Positions 1-9,982 of a DNA stretch of 27,035 bases are shown here, one piece after another. The notes beneath the pieces are model-generated. The model did no database searches, had not been told where the DNA came from, and saw only the letters and a program-made list of their open reading frames with translations. How positions within the stretch are numbered: the stretch's first letter is position 1; each line of letters starts with the position of its first letter. Source of the stretch: a virus (Duplodnaviria > Heunggongvirae > Uroviricota > Caudoviricetes); IMG/VR virus record IMGVR_UViG_2617270961_000004; one strand, 5' to 3'. A program made the translations under genes and the position numbers.

Positions 1-585
1 CTATTCGATAATGGGTCCTGTTGGCCATTCAATATCCGGTGCAGTTGATGTATCAACACGGTTCAGCAATACCCGATACTTTTTCCATGCTTCCAGCAAC
101 GAGATTTCTTCCTCCGTTGCAATTTCCAGATCTGCAGCATCCTGAAGCGGCGCAATATGCTCACTGGCCACCTGCATCAGGCTGTTTTTTGTTTCTTCCG
201 CCTCCCGGATCCGGAACAGTTTTTCTGCTTCCGTATCCTTCACCCAGGCTGTGCCGTTCCACTTCTGATATTCCCCTCCCGGCGATAACCAGGTAACATT
301 TTCCGGTAACGGACCGAGTTCAGAAATAAATAACGCGTCGCCGGAAGCCACGTCATAAACCGTTTTACCCCGATGATTTTCAACGAGATGCCACGATGCC
401 TCATCACTGTTGAAAACAGCCACGAAGCCTGCCGGAATATCTGGCGGTGCAATATCGATACTGTTTGCTGGCAGACCTGTATGAGGCGGAATATATGCGT
501 CACCTTCACCAATAAATTCATTAGTTCCGGCCAGCAGATTATAAATTTTTATGGTCCGTGGTTGTTCACTCATTCTGAATGCCAT
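1..585 (-). CDS. tfa: tail fiber assembly protein Tfa (194 aa)
   Basis: Complete ORF, ATG at 583-585 and stop at 1-3. Length and sequence ([24 protein letters not shown]...) match lambda Tfa as recalled. GAGG Shine-Dalgarno upstream. Start overlaps the stf stop by 1 nt. Confidence 0.9.
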   Translation of the reverse strand: MAFRMSEQPRTIKIYNLLAGTNEFIGEGDAYIPPHTGLPANSIDIAPPDIPAGFVAVFNSDEASWHLVENHRGKTVYDVASGDALFISELGPLPENVTWLSPGGEYQKWNGTAWVKDTEAEKLFRIREAEETKNSLMQVASEHIAPLQDAADLEIATEEEISLLEAWKKYRVLLNRVDTSTAPDIEWPTGPIIE

Positions 586-3365
586 TATGCAAGCCTCACA
601 ATATAGTTAAATGCGATGTTTTTGACGGTGTTTTCCGCGTTACCAGCAGCGTTAACGGTGATGGTGTGTCCATGTGAGCCAATCGCAACCGAGTGCGTAT
701 GAGCACCAATACCCACAGTATGTGCGTGTGCACCTGCGCTTGCAGCAGTACCCGATACAGAGTGCGTATGAGCGCCTGCAGAAGAAGTGTTAACACTGTA
801 TTTAGAATAATCAGATGCTCCACTTCCCGGAGCACCACTGGAACCACCTGAAACAAATGTCATCGAATGGGTATGTGCACCGGCTGAAGCAGCCGTACCG
901 CTAACACTATGGGTATGCGCACCAGTGTTATTCGTGGATTTAGTGCCGTAATCAAACGACGATGTGGTTTTCGTCCCCAAATCCGTACTGGATGCGCTGG
1001 CGCTGTGGGTGTGCGATTTAATGCCGTCCTGTTCCTGAGACAATACGGCCCGACCACTGGCGGGCTTGCCCTTAATCATCCAGCCACGCATATCAGGGAT
1101 CACGCCTGACGGATAAGCCGCTGCAAGTTTCGGGTAAGCAGATTTGTCAAAAGTCTGCCCCTGCATCAGGGCATAACCAGACGGAACGGTATCCGATGGC
1201 CACGGGATTGGTGCGCCAGGCGGATAAAACTGCTCTGATGGCGTATAGAGTGAATAAACTGTACCGTCCGTTAACCCTTCCGGCTTATTAGCAGAATATG
1301 CTGGTGACGTATGAATCGTTACGCTGGCATTACTGGTATAATCCCATTGAATATTTACACCAGTCGCATAATTTCCGATTGCAACGTAAATATCGTAAGT
1401 ATCACCAGATGTATTGACCCAGGCAAAATTTGTAAACCCTGCCGATGTGCGCTGCCATAAAGCACCAGTAATCCCCTTCGGATTACCATTACCTGCACGC
1501 AAAACAAGTTCAGATATACCTGCCTGTTGAGGTGAACCGACGTTATATCCAGCCCCACCAATCAACGTAATTGAAACAACAGAACTCGCCTGCGGCATGG
1601 TTACCGTTGCTAATTTGAACCAACCAGCACCACCGCTGAATGACATAGTTGTTGAGTTAAGCGTACCAATATCTTTCGGTGTCAGTGTTATATCCGCTGA
1701 AAGCGCCTTACCATTCACCTTACGGGCAGAAGGTACCCGACCATTCGCATTGTCATTAGCTGCTTTCACTGCTTTCGATGTCGCAGCAAGCGTTTCAGAT
1801 GCGCTGTTGGTTGCACTACTGAGCTGGACAATTCCTTTTTGTGCTGTCGTAGCGTCCTGAGCGGTATATTTCCCGTTAGCCAGGTCATACGCGGCCTTAA
1901 CGGCTTTTGGCGTTGCCGCCAGTGACTCGGAAGTGCTGTTGGTCGCACTGCTGAGCTGTACTATCCCCTTTTTCGTCGTGCTCGCATCCTCAAGCGCCAC
2001 GGCGGATGCAATATCCTCTGCCCGTTTTGCTGCTGTCTCGGCGCGCGTTGCCGCGGATTCCGCCGTACTTTTGCTCTGAGCTGCCGCCGTCGCACTACCA
2101 GCTGCCTCTGTCGCCTTCGTGGATGCCGTCGTGGCGCTGCCTTTCGCTGCTGATGCCTGTCTGGTCGCCTCATCTTTTGAAGCAGACGCAGATGATGCCG
2201 ATGACGCCGCCGAACTGGCGGACGATGCGGCAGCCGTTTTTGAGGATTCTGCGCTGGTTTCCGACGCTTTCGCGTTCGTCTCGGATGTCTTCGCTGCGGA
2301 AGCAGACCTCGCTGCTGCGCTGGCCTGTTCAGTGGCTTCGCCAGCCTTCGTTGTGGCTGTTGAAGCGGACGATGCGGCGCTTTCTGCCGATTTTCCGGCG
2401 GCGCTAGCACTGGCTGAGGCCTGCCCGGCACTTGTTGACGCGGCACTGGCAGACGACGCAGCCGCTGTTTTTGAGCCTGCCGCAGCCGAGGCGCTCTGTC
2501 CCGCTGCCGTTTCAGAAGACCTGGCGTTTGTCTCAGACGTCTTTGCCGCCTTCGCGGAATTGCCTGCCGCCGTTGCCGAGGAAGCGGCACTACTGGCGCT
2601 TGATGATGCGTTCGTTTCTGATGATTTCGCTGCCTCTTTTGAGGCCGCCGCATCCCGGGCTGAGGTGGCTGCTTCTGACGCCTTCGTGGTCGCGGCGGAT
2701 ACAGAAGTGGCTGCTGATTGTTGTGACGCTGCCGCATTCGTTTCTGACGTTTTCGCCGCAGCGGCACTGGTAGCTGCCGCGCTTTTTGAGGACTCTGCAG
2801 CGGCAGCACTTTTTGAGGCTTCACTGGCCTTTGTTGATGCCGTTCCTGCGCTGGAAGATGCTGACTGAGCCGACGACGCGGCCTGTCCGGCTGACGTGCT
2901 GGCTGCGCGTGCTGAGCCTGCAGCATCAGTCGCACGGGTTGCCGCCTCACTGGCAGATGTGCTGGCATCACTGGCTGACTTCTTTGCGGCTGCCGTGTTC
3001 TGTGCCACCACGGACGCGTTACGCGCCACCTCTTCCACCATCAGCTCAAAACGGCGCAGTGCCTCCGGACGGGCATCATCCTCCGTCATGGCACCGAGAA
3101 AATCATTCAGCGTACCGGGTCGGGAATCTTCATACACTGTGATGGTCCCGGCATGTGACGGCGGGAATCCTTCCACCAACAGAATAACGCTGTACTGACC
3201 GTACTCAACGTCCATACTGTAACGCCCGGCTTCATCCGGATTTTCTGAGGCCAGCGTGTTCACCACCACCGTGGTACTGTTACGTTTTGCTTTCAGCTGG
3301 ATTGTGCAGTTCTGTACCGGTTTTCCTGTGCCGTCTTTCAGTACACCTGAAATCTTTACTGCCAT
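585..3365 (-). CDS. stf: side tail fiber protein Stf (926 aa from ATG at 3363-3365)
   Basis: N-terminus [26 protein letters not shown]... matches lambda Stf as recalled. The track ORF starts 2 codons upstream at a GTG; the ATG at 3365 has a GGGGTG SD. Long Ala/Ser/Thr-rich repetitive middle and a C-terminal His-rich HxH repeat domain (GAHTHS motifs). Confidence 0.9.
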   Translation of the reverse strand: MAVKISGVLKDGTGKPVQNCTIQLKAKRNSTTVVVNTLASENPDEAGRYSMDVEYGQYSVILLVEGFPPSHAGTITVYEDSRPGTLNDFLGAMTEDDARPEALRRFELMVEEVARNASVVAQNTAAAKKSASDASTSASEAATRATDAAGSARAASTSAGQAASSAQSASSSAGTASTKASEASKSAAAAESSKSAAATSAAAAKTSETNAAASQQSAATSVSAATTKASEAATSARDAAASKEAAKSSETNASSSASSAASSATAAGNSAKAAKTSETNARSSETAAGQSASAAAGSKTAAASSASAASTSAGQASASASAAGKSAESAASSASTATTKAGEATEQASAAARSASAAKTSETNAKASETSAESSKTAAASSASSAASSASSASASKDEATRQASAAKGSATTASTKATEAAGSATAAAQSKSTAESAATRAETAAKRAEDIASAVALEDASTTKKGIVQLSSATNSTSESLAATPKAVKAAYDLANGKYTAQDATTAQKGIVQLSSATNSASETLAATSKAVKAANDNANGRVPSARKVNGKALSADITLTPKDIGTLNSTTMSFSGGAGWFKLATVTMPQASSVVSITLIGGAGYNVGSPQQAGISELVLRAGNGNPKGITGALWQRTSAGFTNFAWVNTSGDTYDIYVAIGNYATGVNIQWDYTSNASVTIHTSPAYSANKPEGLTDGTVYSLYTPSEQFYPPGAPIPWPSDTVPSGYALMQGQTFDKSAYPKLAAAYPSGVIPDMRGWMIKGKPASGRAVLSQEQDGIKSHTHSASASSTDLGTKTTSSFDYGTKSTNNTGAHTHSVSGTAASAGAHTHSMTFVSGGSSGAPGSGASDYSKYSVNTSSAGAHTHSVSGTAASAGAHAHTVGIGAHTHSVAIGSHGHTITVNAAGNAENTVKNIAFNYIVRLA

Positions 3366-3376
3366 ATTCACCCCAC

Positions 3377-3403
3377 AAAAAAGCCCGCCTGAACCGGCGG
3401 GCT
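3377..3403 (-). terminator. rho-independent terminator candidate between lom and stf
   Basis: 8-bp GC-rich inverted repeat (agcccgcc / ggcgggct, 6-nt loop) followed on the minus strand by a run of T, just downstream of the lom stop. Confidence 0.6.
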
Positions 3404-3429
3404 GTCATAACACTGTGTTACCTGGCTAA

Positions 3430-4029
3430 TCAGAATTTATAACCAACACCCACGATGAACCCGTCAGTGCGCCAGTCACCACTGCCGGAGCCTTCATAAG
3501 CGACATCAATGGCCACGGATTCGGTCGGGTTAAACTGCACGCCAGCCCCCCACGCCAGAGACGTGTTGCTGTGGCGACCGTCATCACTTCCGGTCAGCAC
3601 ATCGTGCGTTTTCCCCTTGTTGTCAGTTACGCGGAGATAATCCCCGGAGAAAGTCGACACACGGCTGTAAGCCACGCCTGCCATCGCATACGCGCTGAAC
3701 CATTCATTCACGCGTACAGACGGCCCCGCCATCACGCTGAACCAGCGGTTACGCACGGAATCTTCATGCCAGCGGGTATCGCTGTAATGGGTCAGCTGGC
3801 GATTCTTGTCTCCTGCATAGCTGAACGACGTCACCATCCCCAGTGTGTCCGTAAACTCATAACGGTATTTCACGTTAATCCCGTTCAGATCATCACTGCC
3901 GGGAACGTTCGTCCGGGCATGAAGATACCCCGCGCTCAGCGTGGACTGATGTTCAGACGCCCATGCAGGCGCACCGGATACGGCCAGACAAATGGCTGCG
4001 GACAAAATGGCGGCATAAAGTTTACGCAT
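3430..4029 (-). CDS. lom: Lom outer-membrane protein (Ail/Lom family), 199 aa
   Basis: Signal peptide MRKLYAAILSAAICLAVSGAPAWA, beta-barrel-like alternating pattern, C-terminal ...GVGYKF. Sits between J and stf as in lambda. GAGAGGT SD. Confidence 0.9.
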   Translation of the reverse strand: MRKLYAAILSAAICLAVSGAPAWASEHQSTLSAGYLHARTNVPGSDDLNGINVKYRYEFTDTLGMVTSFSYAGDKNRQLTHYSDTRWHEDSVRNRWFSVMAGPSVRVNEWFSAYAMAGVAYSRVSTFSGDYLRVTDNKGKTHDVLTGSDDGRHSNTSLAWGAGVQFNPTESVAIDVAYEGSGSGDWRTDGFIVGVGYKF

Positions 4030-4052
4030 AATTACCTCTCGCTTTTCTGCAA

Positions 4053-4078
4053 TAAAAAAGGCGTCATTTCTGACGCCC
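4053..4078 (-). terminator. rho-independent terminator candidate downstream of J
   Basis: Perfect 7-bp stem ggcgtca/tgacgcc with a 4-nt loop, followed on the minus strand by TTTTTT; lies between the J stop (4096) and the lom start. Confidence 0.65.
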
Positions 4079-4095
4079 GTTATGGGTTATAAAAT

Positions 4096-7000
4096 TCAGC
4101 TGATACTGATACCTGCTGTGGATTTCTTCATCACCACAACCAGCAGATCGCTGATACTGGTTGTTGGTGTCCAGTTATTCGCTCCTGATGAAGATACGGT
4201 GAATGTCAGTGTCAGCGTCCCCTGTCCGGCAGGCATATCTATAACTGAGGAAAATACGCCCTGAGCATCCGTCGTGGACTGATTAAAAATCTCCTGACCA
4301 TTGCGGGTCACTCTTAACCGGCAGGTTGAATACCAGTATGACTGTTGGTTATTACTGTTGAAATTCTCATGCTTACCACCGCGGAATAACACTGGCGGTA
4401 TCATGACCTGCCGGTCAAATTTCTGATCATCACTGATTCTTACCGTGATGGTGCCACTGGCATAACTGTTCGTGCGGGGGAAAGACTTGCTGACCGTTTT
4501 GACAATATCGCCTTCAATCTGATTGGCTGACAGTTTCCCCTTAATCTGACAGTTTTCATTAATCGTGACATTGTTGAGCGTCCCTGAATTTGCATTCACA
4601 TTACCGCTGATATCCGCATTTTTAGCGGTCAGCTTTCCGTCTGGTGTCAGGGAAAATGCCGGCGGATTTCCACCGCTGGTAATGGTGGGAGCCGTCAGGC
4701 GTTTCAGGAACACGTCGTTCATGAATATCTGATCGCCCTGACCAACAAACATCGGTTTTGTGTTGCCATTCGCAGGATTAACCATCGCAATCCTGTCCGC
4801 CGCCAGCAGCACCTGACTCTGCATGCCGTCAGGGGTATTCTCAATACCGGCACCAATACCCGCGATATAAAGGCGTCCGTCCTGCATCTGCTGCAGCTTC
4901 ACAGCCCACATGCTGTTCAGGTTATTATTTGTATCAACCTGAACCTTCTGTATCTGCTGAATTGCAGCACTCTGGTCTTCCAGTTTCTTATTGACGGTCT
5001 GCGTGATTTCATTGCTGACATCCGTAATGGACGTCCTGATTTCAGCCAGGTCAGGCGCAAGCTGACCGTTATCAATCTGCGTCCACAGCTCCTGAGCCAG
5101 ATGGGTTTTCCCTATCTCGCCTTTGAAAAAATCCAGATAACCGGATGCATCATCACTCGGCTGACCAACAGCCTCCACGAATGCCGATTTGCCAACGGTG
5201 TTCACACTGCGGATATAAAAGTAATAATCATGGCCCGGTTTGATATTGATACTGGCGGCTATCCAGTACAGCGCCGTGCCAAGATAGCGTGCTGTGGTTT
5301 CAACCTGCCTGATATCCGCAATCCGCTTTTCCGAGAACCAGAACTCAAACTGTACCGTCGGATCATAAACCGCAAGATGCGGCGTGGCGGTTATCTGAAA
5401 ATAGCCCGGCGTCAGCTCAATCCGCGACGGCGCTGCCGGTGCGGCAATCCGGAACGATACCGACGCCGGATCGCCCTGCTGCCCCCACGCATTTACTGCC
5501 CGGACTGTCAGCCTGTAGTTCCCCAGCGCCAGTTGTGTGAAGCGGTAAGTGGTTTCCGTCGTCCGGGCCGTGCTGACCAGCCGCTCACTGCCGTCATCCG
5601 CTGTTACGGTCAGACGGAGCAGGAAGCTCACGCCCTTCACCACCTTCGGTGTGTCCCATCGCGCCAGCACCTGATATTCCCCGCTGTCTGCAGTGACTTC
5701 GGCGGTCAGGTGCTGCACTGCTGGCGGCGTGACACCATTCACCGTGCCGCTCTGGTCACCGTCAAAGTGCGCCCCGTTATCCACGATGGCTTCTTTTTCC
5801 GGTACATGCTGCATGGCGGTGATGGCATACGTGCCGTCGTCGTTCTCACGGATACTCACGCAGCGGAACAGGCGCTGGCGCAGCGTCGGCAGCTTCAGCC
5901 CCCACACGCTGTATTCAGCAACGCCGTCAGGAACACGGCTCACTTTCACCTTCACGCCGTCGGTGACGGACTGAACCTCCACGCTGACCGGATTGCCACT
6001 TCCGTCAACCAGGCTTATCAGCGTGGTACCGGAGGATGGCAGCGTGATTTCACGGTCGAGCGTCAGCGTCCGGGTCTGGCTGTTTACCGCCAGCACGCGC
6101 CCGCCGATGCTGATACCGGCATAGTCATCATCACAGATTTCAATGACATCGCCCGGCACATGGCGAAGCCCTTCTGCGCCCACGCTGAAGTCCACGGTCT
6201 GCGTTTCCAGCAGTTCTGTTTTAATCAGCCACAGCCCGGCGCGATGTGCCTGCCCCCGGCTGGTACAGCCAAAGGCATCCATCTTCGTGACATTACGACC
6301 GTAACGGGCAATGGCCTGCGTGTCCTCCACAAGCTCTGTCGCCGTCTCCCAGCCGTTATTCGGGTCAATCCAGTTCACCTCAACGGCATTATGGCGGTCC
6401 TTCAGGGCGCTGAAGCTGTAGCGGAACGGCGCGCCATCATCCGGCATCACCACATTACTGCGGTTATAGGTCCACACCTTATCTGATGGTCGGTCCTGCA
6501 CGAACGTCAGCGTCTGCCCGTTCCATACCGGCATACAGCGCATCGCCGAGCAGAAATCACTGAGCACATCCCACGCCTTGCGCTGTGTGGTCAGGTACGC
6601 ATTACAGGTGATGCGCGGCTCCGTGCCGCCAAAGCCGTCCGGCACTGACTGGTCGCAGTACTGGCCGATGACATACAGCGCCCATTTATCCACATCCGCC
6701 GCACCAAGACGTTTCCCCATGCCGTAGCGCGGATGGGTCAGCATATCCCACAGACACCAGGCCATGTTGTTGCTGTATGCCGGTTTAAACGTTCCGTCCC
6801 AGATACCGCTGTATTGCCGCGTCTGCGGGTTATAGTTCGACGGCACCTGCAGAATGCGCCCGCGCAGATGATAATTACGGCTCACCTGCTGGCTGCCGAA
6901 CTGCTCCGAATCCACCTGCACGCCGACCAGTGCCGTGTTCGGGTAGCCCTGTTTCACATCGATGATTTCGGTGTATGACGACCAGAGCGTTTTGTTCTGC

Positions 7001-7578
7001 AGCTGGTCTGTGGTGCTGTCCGGCGTCATCCTGCGCATCCGGATATTGAACGGGCGCGGCGGCAGGTTACCCACCACCACCGAGGCCAGATACTGCGAGG
7101 TGGTTTTGCCCTTAATGGTGATGTCTTTTTCCGTCACCCAGCCACCATTACGCTGGATCTGAACCAGCAGGCGGACTTCCGACGGATTCCTGTCCCCCTT
7201 TGAGGTGGTTTCCACCAGTGCCTGCACGCCGAAGGTAAAACGCAGTCGGTCAATGTTTGCCGACGTGATGGTCCGGGTGATCGGCGTGTCGTATTTCACT
7301 TCCGTACCCAGCACCGTCTCGGAGCCGGAGGATTCAAATCCCTCCGGCGGTGTCTGCTCCTGCTCACCGGCCCGGAACACCACCGTGACGCCGGAGATAT
7401 TGGTATTCCCCTCACTGTCCAGCACTGGCGTACTGTTCAGCAGCACGCTTTTTAATCCATCCACCGGACCTTCAACCGGCCCTTCGCTGATGGCATCGAT
7501 CACACTCAGCAACTGCGTGGACTTCAGGTTGTCCTTCGCTTCGCGCGGAGTATGCCCCTTACTGCTGCCTTTACCCAT
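4096..7578 (-). CDS. J: tail tip / host specificity protein J (1160 aa)
   Basis: N-terminus [45 protein letters not shown]... and overall length match lambda J as recalled. The C-terminal ~150-200 aa diverge from my recollection of lambda J. Confidence 0.95.
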   Translation of the reverse strand: MGKGSSKGHTPREAKDNLKSTQLLSVIDAISEGPVEGPVDGLKSVLLNSTPVLDSEGNTNISGVTVVFRAGEQEQTPPEGFESSGSETVLGTEVKYDTPITRTITSANIDRLRFTFGVQALVETTSKGDRNPSEVRLLVQIQRNGGWVTEKDITIKGKTTSQYLASVVVGNLPPRPFNIRMRRMTPDSTTDQLQNKTLWSSYTEIIDVKQGYPNTALVGVQVDSEQFGSQQVSRNYHLRGRILQVPSNYNPQTRQYSGIWDGTFKPAYSNNMAWCLWDMLTHPRYGMGKRLGAADVDKWALYVIGQYCDQSVPDGFGGTEPRITCNAYLTTQRKAWDVLSDFCSAMRCMPVWNGQTLTFVQDRPSDKVWTYNRSNVVMPDDGAPFRYSFSALKDRHNAVEVNWIDPNNGWETATELVEDTQAIARYGRNVTKMDAFGCTSRGQAHRAGLWLIKTELLETQTVDFSVGAEGLRHVPGDVIEICDDDYAGISIGGRVLAVNSQTRTLTLDREITLPSSGTTLISLVDGSGNPVSVEVQSVTDGVKVKVSRVPDGVAEYSVWGLKLPTLRQRLFRCVSIRENDDGTYAITAMQHVPEKEAIVDNGAHFDGDQSGTVNGVTPPAVQHLTAEVTADSGEYQVLARWDTPKVVKGVSFLLRLTVTADDGSERLVSTARTTETTYRFTQLALGNYRLTVRAVNAWGQQGDPASVSFRIAAPAAPSRIELTPGYFQITATPHLAVYDPTVQFEFWFSEKRIADIRQVETTARYLGTALYWIAASINIKPGHDYYFYIRSVNTVGKSAFVEAVGQPSDDASGYLDFFKGEIGKTHLAQELWTQIDNGQLAPDLAEIRTSITDVSNEITQTVNKKLEDQSAAIQQIQKVQVDTNNNLNSMWAVKLQQMQDGRLYIAGIGAGIENTPDGMQSQVLLAADRIAMVNPANGNTKPMFVGQGDQIFMNDVFLKRLTAPTITSGGNPPAFSLTPDGKLTAKNADISGNVNANSGTLNNVTINENCQIKGKLSANQIEGDIVKTVSKSFPRTNSYASGTITVRISDDQKFDRQVMIPPVLFRGGKHENFNSNNQQSYWYSTCRLRVTRNGQEIFNQSTTDAQGVFSSVIDMPAGQGTLTLTFTVSSSGANNWTPTTSISDLLVVVMKKSTAGISIS

Positions 7579-7637
7579 TCCTCACGCTCCATAAACGACA
7601 AAACCGCCCGGAGGCGGTTTCACATAAACGTTTTTCA

Positions 7638-8309
7638 TCATCGACCAATCACCACAACCTGACCACCATCCCCTTCGTCTGCCGTGCTGATCTCCTGAGA
7701 GACCACCCGCGACCCCACGCGCATTTCACCGTACAGAACCGGCAGAACATTGCCCTGGGCAACCATGTTATCCAGTGAGGAGAAATAGGTGTTCTGTTTG
7801 CCGTTATCCGTTGTCTGTGTACGGGGAGTTCTGGCTTTCGGTGCCAGCATCTGCGCCACACCACCGAGCACCATACTGGCACCGAGAGAAAACAGGATGC
7901 CGGTCATACCACCGGCCCCAATGGCTGCCCCCCATGCTGCAAGGGTGGCCCCGGCGGTAAAGAATGATCCGGCAATGGCGGCAGCCCCCAGGACAATCTG
8001 GAATACGCCACCTGACTTGGCCCCGGCGACTCTGGGAACAATATGAATCACAGCGCCATCAGGCAGAGTCTCATGTAACTGCGCCGTTAACCCGGACGTG
8101 CTGACGTCCCGCCCGGCAATCCGTACCTGATACCAGCCGTCGCTCAGTTTCTGACGAAACGCCGGGAGCTGTGTGGCCAGCGCCCGGATGGCTTCAGCCC
8201 CCGTTTTCACACGAAGGTCGATGCGGCGGCCAAATCGTTGTAAATCCCCGTAAAGGCAGATGCGCGCCATGCCCGGTGACGCCAGAGGGAGTGTGTGCGT
8301 CGCTGCCAT
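7638..8309 (-). CDS. I: tail assembly protein I (223 aa)
   Basis: 223 aa, MAATHTLPLASPGMARICLYGDLQRFGRR..., Gly/Ala-rich hydrophobic middle; position between K and J as in lambda. Confidence 0.9.
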   Translation of the reverse strand: MAATHTLPLASPGMARICLYGDLQRFGRRIDLRVKTGAEAIRALATQLPAFRQKLSDGWYQVRIAGRDVSTSGLTAQLHETLPDGAVIHIVPRVAGAKSGGVFQIVLGAAAIAGSFFTAGATLAAWGAAIGAGGMTGILFSLGASMVLGGVAQMLAPKARTPRTQTTDNGKQNTYFSSLDNMVAQGNVLPVLYGEMRVGSRVVSQEISTADEGDGGQVVVIGR

Positions 8310-8950
8310 TTGTCGGTATACCTCTCTCGTTTGCTCAGTTGTTCAGGAATATGGTGCAGCAGCTCGCCGTCACCACAGTAAATGGCGGCATGATTCGGCA
8401 CCGATGAACCAAAACAGCACAGCAGCACATCGCCCGGTTGTGCTGATGACAACGGCACCTGATACAGCCCTGTGGCCTCCAGATTATCCAGATAGAGATT
8501 CTGGCCGTGACGCCACCAGTCATCCCCGCGATGAAAATTCGGCATCTCAATCCCCGCCAGATGATAAGCATCCCGGAACAGCGTGTAACAGTCCGTCACC
8601 CCGTGCTCAAAGCGCCGCCCGGTGAGATGCGGCACACAGCGGAACTTATGAATCGCCCCCCGGCAGACCAGCAACCACGGCAAATCACTCTGCACCTGCA
8701 GCCGCCGGTCAGCCTCACTCAGCCAGGGCAGACCACCGGGGTGGCTGTGGACCAGCGCCACAATCTCACCCTGCATTTCTGCCTGCAGCCAGTCCTCCGG
8801 AGCCATCCGGAAATAATCCTCCGGCTCACCGGAAATATTCACGCAGGGAAAATATCTTTCCCCCTCCGGCGTTCTCACCACGAAGCCGCACGACTCCGCT
8901 GGCGCACATCGCCGGGCGTGCGCCAGAATCGCTGATTCTGTCTCTGTCAT
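8207..8950 (-). CDS. K: tail assembly protein K (MPN/JAMM + NlpC/P60 domains), 247 aa from the ATG 4 nt after the L stop
   Basis: JAMM motif HSHPGGLPWLSEAD and an NlpC/P60-like Cys/His region (GVTDCYTLF...HAAIYCGDGELLHH). The track ORF begins 25 codons upstream inside L and was trimmed. An internal ATG at 8804-8806 would give 199 aa but would cut the MPN domain. The 3' end overlaps the I start by 103 nt. Confidence 0.8.
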   Translation of the reverse strand: MTETESAILAHARRCAPAESCGFVVRTPEGERYFPCVNISGEPEDYFRMAPEDWLQAEMQGEIVALVHSHPGGLPWLSEADRRLQVQSDLPWLLVCRGAIHKFRCVPHLTGRRFEHGVTDCYTLFRDAYHLAGIEMPNFHRGDDWWRHGQNLYLDNLEATGLYQVPLSSAQPGDVLLCCFGSSVPNHAAIYCGDGELLHHIPEQLSKRERYTDKWQRRTHSLWRHRAWRASAFTGIYNDLAAASTFV

Positions 8951-8954
8951 GGGA

Positions 8955-9653
8955 TTACTGCGAAAGTTTGTTAATGGAAAGGAAGCCACCAAAGTTGCCG
9001 ACGTTATTGCGAAACTTACAGCCACTCAGGCATTTGCTGCATTTATCCTTCGTGATATCGGACGTCGGCTGGTCATATTCATCCGCGACAGCCGGACCGC
9101 TATAACCGCACTCGTCACCGCGATAGGTCCAGGTGCAGGTGTTGGCCAGCATGATACGTCCCGGAAAAACAGCGCCATCCGTTTCCGTCGGCGTGGACAG
9201 TACAAAGGAGGCACTCACCGCGCTCAGTTCGCTGCACTGCTCGATGCGCCAGCGGCTGATCACCTCCTGCTCCGGATCGGCGTCACTGTTTCCGTTGACG
9301 AAGTTCACCGCATCCAGAAAACGGGCGTAAACCTTACGCCGGACCACCGTTCCGCCGACAAGACTCTGCAGATCTTCCGCCATCCCGGTGACCATACCGT
9401 ACAGGTTAGAAACCGTCAGCGTGGGGCGCGTACTGGTGCCTTTGCCATTCAGTTCAAAACCGCTCCCCTGAATGGGATACGGCTGATACTGTCGCCCCTG
9501 CCAGGTGACCGGCTCACCTTTTTCGTTCTGCTCATTACAGAAAAAATAACGTTCTCCACCGACCTCTGTCAGGTCGATTTCCCAGAGCACCACGCTGGCC
9601 GACTGCTCCGCACGGGTGCATTCATTCAGTGTTTCCTGCCGGATATCCTGCAT
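8955..9653 (-). CDS. L: tail tip protein L (232 aa)
   Basis: 232 aa, MQDIRQETLNECTRAEQSASVVLWEIDLTEVGGERYFFCNE..., C-terminal Cys cluster. Start overlaps the M stop by 1 nt. Confidence 0.9.
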   Translation of the reverse strand: MQDIRQETLNECTRAEQSASVVLWEIDLTEVGGERYFFCNEQNEKGEPVTWQGRQYQPYPIQGSGFELNGKGTSTRPTLTVSNLYGMVTGMAEDLQSLVGGTVVRRKVYARFLDAVNFVNGNSDADPEQEVISRWRIEQCSELSAVSASFVLSTPTETDGAVFPGRIMLANTCTWTYRGDECGYSGPAVADEYDQPTSDITKDKCSKCLSGCKFRNNVGNFGGFLSINKLSQ

Positions 9654-9982
9654 CAGTTCACCACCTGTTCAAACTCTGCGCTGAACTCAACACGCAGCAT
9701 ACTGACCCGCGACGACCATTTTGCGCAGGTCACCTTTATCTGCCGCCACTCATAAGGCGGCGTCCACAGAAAGGCTTTCCAGCCCCCGTGCTCTTCCAGA
9801 AACGACTCCAGTACCGTGGCCTCCTCACGGGGGACAGAAAGCGTCACGCTGTACGTTTTCAGGTTGGCATTCAGCCCGGCAGGCGCTCGCTGGGAATAGC
9901 CATCACCAAAGCGCACCTTTCTTACAGAAGGGGCCGAAGCCACATCCATACCGGGTTTCACTTTCCAGCGGAAGGTTTTCAT
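9653..9982 (-). CDS. M: tail tip protein M (109 aa)
   Basis: 109 aa, MKTFRWKVKPGMDVASAPSVRKVRFGDGYSQRA...; ATGA overlap with the H stop. Confidence 0.9.
   Translation of the reverse strand: MKTFRWKVKPGMDVASAPSVRKVRFGDGYSQRAPAGLNANLKTYSVTLSVPREEATVLESFLEEHGGWKAFLWTPPYEWRQIKVTCAKWSSRVSMLRVEFSAEFEQVVN

Noticed and set aside
1800-2000. Direct DNA repeats about 130 bp apart in stf, considered as a possible CRISPR-like or other repeat array
   Set aside because: Only two copies, inside a coding region, and they correspond to a duplicated protein motif ([12 protein letters not shown]...); no spacer-repeat periodicity and no cas genes.
1961-2971. 336-aa minus-strand ORF (Arg/Pro/Gln-rich) and 249-aa plus-strand Ala-rich ORF (2119-2868) inside stf
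   Set aside because: Alternative-frame and antisense readings of the repetitive GC-rich stf shaft. They have low-complexity composition and no independent start signals; the stf frame is the one with homology and a continuous 926-aa product.
5101-6486. 461-aa plus-strand ORF antisense to J
   Set aside because: Lies wholly inside the well-supported J gene on the opposite strand. It has an Arg/Pro/Gly-rich composition typical of shadow ORFs in GC-rich coding DNA and no SD.
8804-8806. Internal ATG as the K start (199-aa product)
   Set aside because: It would remove the N-terminal half of the MPN/JAMM domain; the upstream ATG at 8948-8950, coupled to the L stop, gives a complete two-domain protein. 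Kept as an alternative in the K evidence.
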